From positions 1-25,739 of the forward strand of contig JBDHHQ010000060.1 in assembly GCA_039589315.1 (NCBI GenBank): a stretch of DNA of 25,739 nt, given 5' to 3'. This DNA comes from Gemmatimonadota bacterium. Its GTDB lineage: Bacteria; Gemmatimonadota; Gemmatimonadetes; Longimicrobiales; Gaopeijiaceae. Of this stretch, positions 1 through 8,326 are shown one piece after another. How positions within the stretch are numbered: the stretch's first letter is position 1; every line of letters begins with the position of its first letter. Under the pieces are notes generated by a model, which saw only the letters and a program-made list of their open reading frames with translations, did not search any database and was not told where the DNA came from. Both the position numbers and the translations under genes were made by a program.

Positions 1-2
1 CG

Positions 3-1187
3 GCCTTCCACCCGTTCGACCACGCGTCGCTGACCACGGCTCGCTCCGTCTTCCACGTCATCCGGGAGGAGGGCTCAATCCTGGTGCACCACCCGTACCA
101 GTCGTTCAACTCTTCGGTCGAGCGCTTTCTCGAGGAGGCGAGTGGCGATCCCAAGGTTCGAGCCATCAAGATGACCTTCTACCGGACGTCGGAGGACTCC
201 AAGGCCATCCGCTACCTGATGGATGCGGCTCGCAATGGCAAGCAGGTCGCGGTGGTGATGGAGCTCAAGGCTCGATTCGATGAAGAGGCCAACCTTCGGT
301 GGGCCAACCGGCTCGGCAGCATGGGGATCCACGTTACGTACGGGGTAATGGGCCTGAAGACCCACTGTAAGGTGATCCTGGTCGTGCGGCAGGACTACGA
401 CGGGCTCCGTCGCTACGCCCACATAGGAACCGGGAACTATCATGCCGGCACCGCGCGGCTCTACGGAGACGTGGGCCTGATGACGTGCGACCCGGGTATC
501 GGTGGCGACCTGACGGAGGTGTTCAACTACCTCACGACCGGATACAAGCCGAAGCGGGACTACAGAAAGGTCAAGGCGGCACCCAAGGGCCTCAAGAAGG
601 CGATCCTCGACAGAATCACCCGGGAGATGGAGCACCAGGAGGCTGGCGCGGAAGGACACATCCAGATCAAGATGAACGCCCTCGAGGATTCCGAAGTCAC
701 CCGCGCTCTCTACGAGGCATCGAGGGCCGGTGTGAAGGTGGACCTGATCGTTCGGGACACCTGCCGGCTTCGGCCTGGCATCCCGGGACTCTCCGAGAAC
801 GTGACGGTGCTGAGTATCGTGGGCCGTTACCTCGAGCATGCGCGTGTCTACTACTTCCGCAATGCCGGTGACGAGGAGTACTGGATCGGTTCCGCCGACT
901 GCATGCAGCGTAACTTGCAGAGTCGAGTCGAAGTGATGGCCCCGGTTGAGAAACCACGCCTCCAGGAGCAGCTCCGACACCTTCTCGACACGCAGCTGGG
1001 GGACCGGCGGCGTGCCTGGGAGATGCAGTCCGACGGGAGCTATGTCCAACGCTTCCCCGCCGATCCCGACGAGGAAGTGGATTCCCAGGAGAGCTTCATG
1101 GCCTGGGCCGAGTCAGAGCATCACCAGGCTACTCGGCTCAAGCGGCGCCAGGTCAGGGGCCTCCAAGAGGGCAATCTCCCACGCTGA
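3..1187 (+). CDS. ppk1: Polyphosphate kinase 1, C-terminal part (5' end outside window)
   Basis: Frame is open from position 3 (AFHPFDHASLTTARSVFHVIREEGSILVHHPYQSF). PPK1 motifs: HHPYxSF, IKMTxYRT, ELKARFDEEAN, KTHCK, GTGNYH, KMNAL, SIVGRYLEHAR, GSADxMxRNL. Confidence 0.96.
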   Translation, partial: AFHPFDHASLTTARSVFHVIREEGSILVHHPYQSFNSSVERFLEEASGDPKVRAIKMTFYRTSEDSKAIRYLMDAARNGKQVAVVMELKARFDEEANLRWANRLGSMGIHVTYGVMGLKTHCKVILVVRQDYDGLRRYAHIGTGNYHAGTARLYGDVGLMTCDPGIGGDLTEVFNYLTTGYKPKRDYRKVKAAPKGLKKAILDRITREMEHQEAGAEGHIQIKMNALEDSEVTRALYEASRAGVKVDLIVRDTCRLRPGIPGLSENVTVLSIVGRYLEHARVYYFRNAGDEEYWIGSADCMQRNLQSRVEVMAPVEKPRLQEQLRHLLDTQLGDRRRAWEMQSDGSYVQRFPADPDEEVDSQESFMAWAESEHHQATRLKRRQVRGLQEGNLPR

Positions 1188-1259
1188 CCGCGTCGCTCGA
1201 TCGCGCAACCACCACCTGCCGTGGCCAGGAGCCCACTGCATGAGAAGGACCTCGAGCCA

Positions 1260-2885
1260 GTGAGCACGGGACAGACGGAGCGGACGGGGCAGTCGGTGTT
1301 GGTGCGAGAGGCCCGGGAGGCCGACGCACCGTCCATCCGTGAGATCTTCGAGTCCAGCTACGGCTCCGACTACCCGTACCCCGAGTTCTACGACGACGAG
1401 TCCATCCGGCGGATGATCCTCCGGGAGGACGAGCTGGTGCTCGTGGCCGAGGAGCCCGGGCGAGGCCTGTTGGCAACCGGGTCGGTCATTCTGGAGATCG
1501 GCGCGTTCGCAGACCTGGTCGGCGAGTTCGGCCGTCTGGCGGTCCGTCCGGATGCGCGCGGGCAGGGGATTGGCCGACTGTTGGTAGAAGAGAGGGTCCG
1601 TCGCGTCTCCAATCGCTTGCACCTGGGCCTCATGGAGGGCCGGGTGACACACCCGTTCACCCAGCGACTGGCGCTCGGATACGGGTTCGCGGCCGTGGGC
1701 TTCCTGCCGCTGAAGGAGCCCTTCGGTCCCCGACGGGAAAGCTATGCCCTCCTGATCCGGCATTTCGGCGACGGACTGGCTCTTCGGTCCAACAACCCCA
1801 GGATCATCCCGGAGGCGTACGCGCTCGCTGGTCTCGCCATGGAGAACCTGGGTCACCCCCTGGATGTCGTGGTGAGCGAATCCGGAGCGCCGTATCCGGA
1901 AGGCGGGAGCTACGAGGTCACCGAGCTCAAGACCGACGCCTATCCCGCGCTTCTCCGCATCGCCCGGGGGCGGATTCGGAAGCGCGAGATCTTCGGTCCG
2001 CTCCGGCTTCACTACGGCCTGTTCCGGCTCCAGGCCACGCACGCGACCTACCTCATCGCCCGCGAGCGCGGCCATGTGGTCGGAGGCATCGGCTTCATCC
2101 TTCACCAGGGCGCCGGGATCGTGCGCGTATTCGAGCTGATCGCGATTCGGGACGATGTGGTACGGGTGCTGCTCTCCGAGCTGGTGCAGAGAGCGGAGCA
2201 CTACTGGGACGCCGACTACGTGGAAATCGACGTCAGCGCCAACTCGGTCCGAATGCAGCGGACGCTCCTGGAGCTGGGATTCGCGCCTACGGCGTACATC
2301 CCCGCCATGGTCTTTCACGAGGTCGAACGCCTCGACGTCGTGCGCATGTCCCTCCTCTTCGTGCCGCCGGACCTGGGCGAGCTCGCCCTCATTCCTCCCT
2401 CCAGAGAGCTGGCCGAGGTGGTCATGCGGGGCTTCCACCGCCACGAGGTCCTCCCGGGCGTCTCGGAGCTCCTCGGATCGGTGGGGTTGTTTCGGGGACT
2501 CAGCGAGGAACAGGCCTGCAGGATCGTGGGTGTCTGGAAGCGTCGAGAGTTCGAGCCTGGCGAGACGATCTTCTCGGTGCGGGATCCCGCCGCAGAGGTC
2601 TACGTGGTGCTCGGTGGGCAGGTCGACGTCACTCGGGACGACGGGCGTCGCATCGGCTCGGTAGGTGCGGGGCACTGCTTGGGCGAGGTCGCACTGCTGA
2701 CGGACACGGCACACTCGGCGAGAGCGGTGGCCGTGAACGGCGTCGAGGTGGGTGCCATCTCCCGACAGTCGCTGGAGAGTCTGCTGCGGTCCCGCCCGGA
2801 CATCGGGGTCGTGGTGAACCGCAATCTGGCCCTGGAATTGGGCTCGAAGCTCCGACAGGCCGACGAGGTGGCCGGAGAGGCCTGA
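1260..2885 (+). CDS. GNAT acetyltransferase (one clear and one degenerate GNAT-like domain) fused to a C-terminal cyclic-nucleotide-binding domain
   Basis: Acetyl-CoA motif A RLAVRPDARGQGIGRLL. Second GNAT-like unit (YLIARERGHVVGGIG...LLELGFAP). cNMP fold LFRGLSEE..FEPGETIF..VYVVLGGQV..GHCLGEVALL..HSARAVA. In-frame GTG at 1260 has AGAAGGA upstream; the ORF track start at 1221 is the alternative. Confidence 0.85.
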   Translation: MSTGQTERTGQSVLVREAREADAPSIREIFESSYGSDYPYPEFYDDESIRRMILREDELVLVAEEPGRGLLATGSVILEIGAFADLVGEFGRLAVRPDARGQGIGRLLVEERVRRVSNRLHLGLMEGRVTHPFTQRLALGYGFAAVGFLPLKEPFGPRRESYALLIRHFGDGLALRSNNPRIIPEAYALAGLAMENLGHPLDVVVSESGAPYPEGGSYEVTELKTDAYPALLRIARGRIRKREIFGPLRLHYGLFRLQATHATYLIARERGHVVGGIGFILHQGAGIVRVFELIAIRDDVVRVLLSELVQRAEHYWDADYVEIDVSANSVRMQRTLLELGFAPTAYIPAMVFHEVERLDVVRMSLLFVPPDLGELALIPPSRELAEVVMRGFHRHEVLPGVSELLGSVGLFRGLSEEQACRIVGVWKRREFEPGETIFSVRDPAAEVYVVLGGQVDVTRDDGRRIGSVGAGHCLGEVALLTDTAHSARAVAVNGVEVGAISRQSLESLLRSRPDIGVVVNRNLALELGSKLRQADEVAGEA

Positions 2886-2889
2886 GCAG

Positions 2890-4425
2890 CTACGTCTTGG
2901 GAGGAGGGAGGCCGTCCTCCGGCGTCCACCCCAACACCCGGTGGAGGATGCGGCGGGCGTGCGGCGGGACGTCTGTGACCATCGTGTCGAGGCCGGCCCT
3001 GCGGGCGTCGTCGACGATCTGTTCGAGGACCAGCGCTCCGCTCAGGTCGATGCGCCCGAGGCCTCCGAGGTGGATCACCACCCTGTCCGCCTCTTCGGCG
3101 TCAGCCAGCTCATCCAGGAGGGCCCGCTCCACGCGAGGTGCGGATCCGTACCACAGCACCCCCCTCGGGTGGAGGTGCACGGTGCCTCCGACGGTCCGCG
3201 TTTCGGCGCCTGGCCTCATCTCTCTCAGGACGTGGACCACCAGCGCCGCCCCCATGCCCAGGACCACGGCATGATCGACCCGGGGCGCCAACCCGACCGT
3301 GAGCAGGAACGTGCTCCACCCGACGGCGGCCTGGGCCCGGGACAGGCGCCACAGACGCGCCAGCGGGCGGACCCGCACGAGCCCCAGCACCGCCGTGATC
3401 ACGATGCCGGCCAGGATCGCGGTCGGCAGGGCCTCCAGAACGCTGGCGAAGGGGAGGAAGGCGAGAACGACGAGGCCCGTGATGGCTCCGCTCCACTTGG
3501 AGGTGGCGCCCGCCAGGTGGTTGAGGCTGCTCCGGGAGAACGAGCCGCCCACGGGGAACCCGCCCCCCAGACCTGCGGCCAGATTGGCCACCCCCTGGCT
3601 GATGAACTCACGGCTGGGGTCCCAGCGTTGCCGCTCCTGGGTGGCAAACGTGCGGGCAATGGAGGCGGCTTCGGCGAACCCCACGAGGGCGATGACCGCG
3701 CCCGCCAGGGTCAGGGAGGGCAACGCCGTCCACGGCAGGTCCAGGGTGAAGGGGGGCGCCCCTGACGGGATCGCTCCCACGCGCGGGCCCTGGTATCCGG
3801 TCACGTGTGAGAACGCCAGGCCCACCACCGTGGCCACCAGCACGCCGGGAATCAGCCGATGGATGCGCCTTCCCCCGAGGATGGCGACGATAGTGAACGC
3901 TGCCAGGCCGATGGAGGCCAGCTCCCAGCTTCCCGGGTGTGTCACAGACCAGAGAGTGCGCGGGCCGACCCCGGTTACCGGCGGGCGCACACCGAGCGCT
4001 CCGGGGATCTGCGAGCCTATGATCAGCAGCGCCGCCGCAGTCGTGAATCCCTCGAGCATGGGTTGGGACATCAGGTAGGAGATCCACCCGGCCTTCGCGC
4101 TGCCAATGGCCACGCGGAACACCCCAACGACCAGAGCCAGCACGGCGGCCAAGCCCACGTACTCCGGGGTCGCGACCTGAGCCATGGGGACCAGCGCCCC
4201 CAGCGTGAGGAGCGAGGTGAGGGCCACGGGGCCTGTCTGCAGGTATGGCGACGAGGCCAAGAACGCGGCCGCCAGAGGGGCCACGGCCGCGGCATACAGC
4301 CCGGTGGGACCAGGTAGGCCCGCCAGCTCGGCGTATGCCATGGACTGGGGGATCAGCACCAGGCCGACGCTGGCCCCGGCCACTGCGTCCCGTAGGGACG
4401 GCGTCCGGCTTACGGGCCGTCGCAC
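2890..4425 (-). CDS. SulP/SLC26 family anion transporter with C-terminal STAS domain
   Basis: PQSMAYAELAGLP, GLYAA, QTGP and GGSFSRSSLN motifs, many hydrophobic segments, STAS-like RIDLSG. GGAGG lies upstream of the GTG. Overlaps the upstream gene by 16 bp. Confidence 0.93.
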   Translation of the reverse strand: MRRPVSRTPSLRDAVAGASVGLVLIPQSMAYAELAGLPGPTGLYAAAVAPLAAAFLASSPYLQTGPVALTSLLTLGALVPMAQVATPEYVGLAAVLALVVGVFRVAIGSAKAGWISYLMSQPMLEGFTTAAALLIIGSQIPGALGVRPPVTGVGPRTLWSVTHPGSWELASIGLAAFTIVAILGGRRIHRLIPGVLVATVVGLAFSHVTGYQGPRVGAIPSGAPPFTLDLPWTALPSLTLAGAVIALVGFAEAASIARTFATQERQRWDPSREFISQGVANLAAGLGGGFPVGGSFSRSSLNHLAGATSKWSGAITGLVVLAFLPFASVLEALPTAILAGIVITAVLGLVRVRPLARLWRLSRAQAAVGWSTFLLTVGLAPRVDHAVVLGMGAALVVHVLREMRPGAETRTVGGTVHLHPRGVLWYGSAPRVERALLDELADAEEADRVVIHLGGLGRIDLSGALVLEQIVDDARRAGLDTMVTDVPPHARRILHRVLGWTPEDGLPPPKT

Positions 4426-5294
4426 AGCTGCGCCTCCGACGCGTCTCGGGCCAGATGCGCAAGCCTCGTAGCCGTATGTCGCGCCCTCTCCGTCCAGAAG
4501 CCTGCGATCTGGACCTCTGTGTCATCCACCAAGCCTTGGTGTCTGGTTACCCACGCCTCGGCTTCCCCGGCGAGCCAGCCGAGCATGCGAGCGGCGTCCT
4601 GGGAGAACAGAGCCTGCAGGGCGTACCGCCGCTCGCCGGCTCGGAGGCCGAGGCCGGTGTCACTGGCCGCCCGCGCCAGATCCGCCCGTGTGAGGATCAT
4701 GCCTGAACGGACGGGGGTGAGGAGCCCGTCCAGGAATGCCTCGCCGCCTTCGGCTCTCGGGTCCGGCAGGTCTGGCGCCTCTCGCAGGTGAAGGGGCAGG
4801 GAGCCCGTGTGTTCGCTCCCTCGGGCTGCCTCCCTCACGGCGGCTTTGAGCAGCGTTGCCCACGACCGGTAGAAGGGGTGGCCCAGCTCGCTCACTCTCG
4901 AGAGGTAGGGTCCGGTCCATGGCAACAGATGCTCGTGCAGCAACGCCGTCGCGCCCCTACCCAGGAGGCCCGCTTCGGCCGGGTCGGGTCCAGCGCGGGC
5001 GGCCTCTGCCAGGTTCGCGTAGAGTCCGAGCAGCGTGGTCAGATGATCAGGCTCGGGGGGCGGCGCGGTGCCCACGGCTCGCCAGAAGCCGGCGACCCGG
5101 TCACGTGCCTCTCCACCCAGCTTCCCTTCCGCACCGAGATAGAGCGACGCGTACGGCGGCAACTGGAAGAGGAAGAGCTCCGTGTGCTCCGTCTCGTCGG
5201 GCAGGGGGCCGAGCTCCAGGAGCTCGGCCGCGCGACGGAGCCCTGGCTCCGGGGGTCCTGCCAGCGCTCCGAGTGCGCGGAACAGCTCGGGCAC
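4410..5294 (-). CDS. TorD/DmsD family molybdoenzyme maturation chaperone (extended C-terminus)
   Basis: PPYASLY and PEPDHL motifs, then LLHEHLLPW..YL and PFY. Starts 1 nt after the molybdoenzyme stop. Confidence 0.88.
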   Translation of the reverse strand: MPELFRALGALAGPPEPGLRRAAELLELGPLPDETEHTELFLFQLPPYASLYLGAEGKLGGEARDRVAGFWRAVGTAPPPEPDHLTTLLGLYANLAEAARAGPDPAEAGLLGRGATALLHEHLLPWTGPYLSRVSELGHPFYRSWATLLKAAVREAARGSEHTGSLPLHLREAPDLPDPRAEGGEAFLDGLLTPVRSGMILTRADLARAASDTGLGLRAGERRYALQALFSQDAARMLGWLAGEAEAWVTRHQGLVDDTEVQIAGFWTERARHTATRLAHLARDASEAQLCDGP

Positions 5295-5295
5295 G

Positions 5296-8274
5296 CTATT
5301 CGGCGCCCGACGGTGCGTCCGGTTCCGAGGATGCTCGCTCCTCGGCCTCCGCCGGGGCTGCCGGCCCCGGTTCCTTGCCGTTGGTGGGCAGGTCGTAGGC
5401 AGGACGCTCGGGGCGCACGGGGCGAAGCAGCCAGTACGGTCTCCGAGTTCCGTCGGGCGAATGCCGATCGGCGGGACGAGTGATCTCGAGCCACTGCTTG
5501 TAGACCTGGTGCGACTTGTCCGTGTCCACCGACACGTCTCCGTATTGATCCCCGGGCAGCGCCTGCTTGACTCTCACGGCGTTGTGCCAGCAGTGCATTC
5601 CCGAGATCGGATCCGGGTGGACCGGGAACGTGAGATTCTGGTGCACGCCCACATCGGTCCACCAGATCCGGCTGGTATCCGGGTCTCCGGACTCGAACGG
5701 GCCCAGCTCCTCTTCCGTGCGCAGAGCCCAGTTGGATCCTTCCTGGCCCAGGTCCACGGTGGCCATGCCCTGCCGCTGACCGTCGCCGCTGAGCTTCCAG
5801 CGCCCCATGTGATGGCTGCAGGCGACCACGCCGGGGCGGATCCCCTCGGTGACCCACGCCTTGGCCACGAAGTGGCCGATCTCCGTCTCCACACGCACCA
5901 GATCGCTGGTCTTCACGTCGATGCGGGCGGCGTCGAACGGATGGATCCACAGCGGGTTGGTGTGGGCGATCTCGTCGAGCCACTTGGCGTTGGCGCTGCG
6001 GGTGTGGATCTGGATGGGCACCCGGAACGTGGAGATCAGGACGAGCTGGTCGCTCTCCATGTTCTGCCTGTGGACGTGGCTCTTCTGGTAACCCGGCAGG
6101 GCGAGCTCGGGCCAGCCCCAATCGTGGAGGGTCCGGGACCACAGCTCCAGCTTTCCGGTCGGGGTGGGGAAGCCCCTCAGGAGCTCACGGCCCACTTGGA
6201 CGCCGGCGCGACGGCGGCCCTCGCCGTCGCCGTCCAGCGGAGGCTGCGGCACCACGTTGGGCGACTCGGGTTTGGGCGCCCGGGTGAACACGCGGCCGGC
6301 GGGGTCGATGCGCACGTCCTCGAGCTCCGCTTCAGGCAACAGTTCCTCATGGATCGGGCCGACCTTGCCCTCCACCTCGAAGGCACCGTAGCGGCGCATG
6401 AATTCAAGTGGTGTAAGTCCCTCTGCAGCAGCAGCTTCAGGTAGTCCAGGAACGGAGTTCTCGAAGATCCAGCCGTAGTACTCGTCGACGGTCAGCTTCT
6501 CGCCGGTGTGCTTCCTCGACTCGAAGAACTCTCGCATCCCCAGAGACCCGTCGGGGTCGATGCGCCACGTGAGCTCGATCCAGAACTCGTTCTCTTCCCA
6601 GACTTCACCGGGCGTCACCGCGCGAGTGTCTGCGACGGATTCGCCCATGCGGTTCCGGGCCGCCCTGAGCACGGGCTGCCGGAATCCGATCCACCGACCC
6701 GCATAGGTCTCGTACGAGTGGATGTCGTGCCGCTCCGAGCCCAGCCCCATGGGCAGGACGTAGTCGGCAAAGTAGGCGGTTTCGTTCCACGTGGGCGTCA
6801 GCGCAACGTGCAGACCCACCAGATCCTCATTGGCGAGCATCTCGATCCAACTGAACCCGTCCGGGTTGGTCCAGACCGGGTTGTAGACCCGGGTGAAGTA
6901 CACGTCCAGCTTGCCGCGGCCCTCCTTGACCAGGTGGGGCAGCAGGAAGGACATCTCCATGAGGCTCAGCGGATACTCGGTGGGCCAGGTCAGCTCATTC
7001 CACCAGTCCGGGTGCCTCGGCGAGCGGATCGGCTTGGGCACGAACTTGTTCCACGCGTTGGGGAACAGCCCACCCTCGGTGCCGATGGCTCCGAGGAGCG
7101 CGTTCAACAGGAAGAGGGTCCGGGAGACCTGCCACCCACCCAGATTGCCGGCGGCGGCACTCCGCCAGTTGTGGGTCGCCAGTCGGGTTCCCGCTGTTGC
7201 CACGACCTCTGCCACCTGCCGGAGCATCCCCTCGTCGGCGCCCGACTCCATGGCCGCCCGCTCGAACGTGAAATCCGCCCAGAGCGTCTTGAGGACTTGC
7301 TCGAAGACCTCGAAGGTGGCGGGCTTGTCCGGATGGAGCTCTTGCATGAACTCGTGCCAGTTCCACCAGCGGCGGACGAATTCCCGATTGTACCGGCCCG
7401 TCTGAATCAAGTGATTGGCGACGGCCAGCAGGATCGCGGGTTCCGATCCGGGATGCGACGAGACCCAGAAGTCGGCGTGGGTCGCCGTGTTGGACAGTCG
7501 GGTGTCGAAGACGATGAGCTTGGCGCCCTTCTGCTTGCCCTCCATCACGCGTTGGGCGTGGGGGTTGAAATAGTGGCCCGCTTCCAGGTGGCTGCTGATG
7601 AGGAGAATCACCTCGGCGTGGGTGTGGTCGGGGCTGGGTCGGTCCATGCCACACCAGAAGTGGTACCCCGTGCGAGCACCGCTCGAACAGATGTTCGTGT
7701 GGGAGTTGTGGCCGTCGATCCCCCAGGCGGCCAACATGCGCTCGGTAAAGCCATCTTCGCCCGGCCGGCCGACGTGATACATCACCTCCTTCTGCCGTCC
7801 TTCCTGGACGGCCTTCCGAATCCGGCCGGCGATGTCGTCCAACGCCTCGTCCCAGCTCACCTGCTTCCAGCGGCCTTTTCCTCGGGCTCCAACACGCTTC
7901 AGCGGGTGGAGAATCCGGTCCGGATCGATGACCTGGTTCAACGTGGCCGGGCCCTTTGCGCAGTTGCGGCCCCGGGAGCCCGGGTGCTCGGGATTCCCCT
8001 CGAACTTCCGCACCTGGAGGGTCTCACGGTCCACATAGGCCAGGAGTCCGCAGGCCGACTCGCAGTTGAAGCAGGTCGTGGGCACCAGCATGTACCGGCG
8101 CTCCTTGCGCTCCGGCCACGCCTTGGAGTCGAGCTCCACCCAGTCGTTCCACCTCTCCTTCGGCGGAAACGACGCCAGGTGAATCCGGCTCGGGCCTGGA
8201 TAGAAGGTCTCGCCGCGGGCTTCTGCTTCGGCCCGGGCCTGAGCGACTTTCGAGCTGAGTTCGTTCAGATTCAT
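5296..8274 (-). CDS. DMSO-reductase-family (bis-MGD Mo/W) oxidoreductase catalytic subunit, Psr/Phs/Ttr/Arr-like, no Tat signal, substrate unknown
   Basis: FS0 motif CFNCESACG...RNCAKG, DPDRILHPLKR, SWDEALD, SHTNICSS (putative Cys ligand), NETAYFADYVLP, C-terminal LWIHPFDA...VTEGIRPGVV. Probable ATG at 8274; the ORF-track start at 8361 lies inside the upstream gene. Confidence 0.92.
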   Translation of the reverse strand: MNLNELSSKVAQARAEAEARGETFYPGPSRIHLASFPPKERWNDWVELDSKAWPERKERRYMLVPTTCFNCESACGLLAYVDRETLQVRKFEGNPEHPGSRGRNCAKGPATLNQVIDPDRILHPLKRVGARGKGRWKQVSWDEALDDIAGRIRKAVQEGRQKEVMYHVGRPGEDGFTERMLAAWGIDGHNSHTNICSSGARTGYHFWCGMDRPSPDHTHAEVILLISSHLEAGHYFNPHAQRVMEGKQKGAKLIVFDTRLSNTATHADFWVSSHPGSEPAILLAVANHLIQTGRYNREFVRRWWNWHEFMQELHPDKPATFEVFEQVLKTLWADFTFERAAMESGADEGMLRQVAEVVATAGTRLATHNWRSAAAGNLGGWQVSRTLFLLNALLGAIGTEGGLFPNAWNKFVPKPIRSPRHPDWWNELTWPTEYPLSLMEMSFLLPHLVKEGRGKLDVYFTRVYNPVWTNPDGFSWIEMLANEDLVGLHVALTPTWNETAYFADYVLPMGLGSERHDIHSYETYAGRWIGFRQPVLRAARNRMGESVADTRAVTPGEVWEENEFWIELTWRIDPDGSLGMREFFESRKHTGEKLTVDEYYGWIFENSVPGLPEAAAAEGLTPLEFMRRYGAFEVEGKVGPIHEELLPEAELEDVRIDPAGRVFTRAPKPESPNVVPQPPLDGDGEGRRRAGVQVGRELLRGFPTPTGKLELWSRTLHDWGWPELALPGYQKSHVHRQNMESDQLVLISTFRVPIQIHTRSANAKWLDEIAHTNPLWIHPFDAARIDVKTSDLVRVETEIGHFVAKAWVTEGIRPGVVACSHHMGRWKLSGDGQRQGMATVDLGQEGSNWALRTEEELGPFESGDPDTSRIWWTDVGVHQNLTFPVHPDPISGMHCWHNAVRVKQALPGDQYGDVSVDTDKSHQVYKQWLEITRPADRHSPDGTRRPYWLLRPVRPERPAYDLPTNGKEPGPAAPAEAEERASSEPDAPSGAE

Positions 8275-8326
8275 GATCGTTGAGTCATCCCGCCGTGGGA
8301 GTGTCGTTCCGACAGGATCGACACTC

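Noticed and set aside
355..910. PPK1 variants KTHCK and GSADCM
   Set aside because: The key His/Lys/Asp residues are intact; these look like ordinary family variation.
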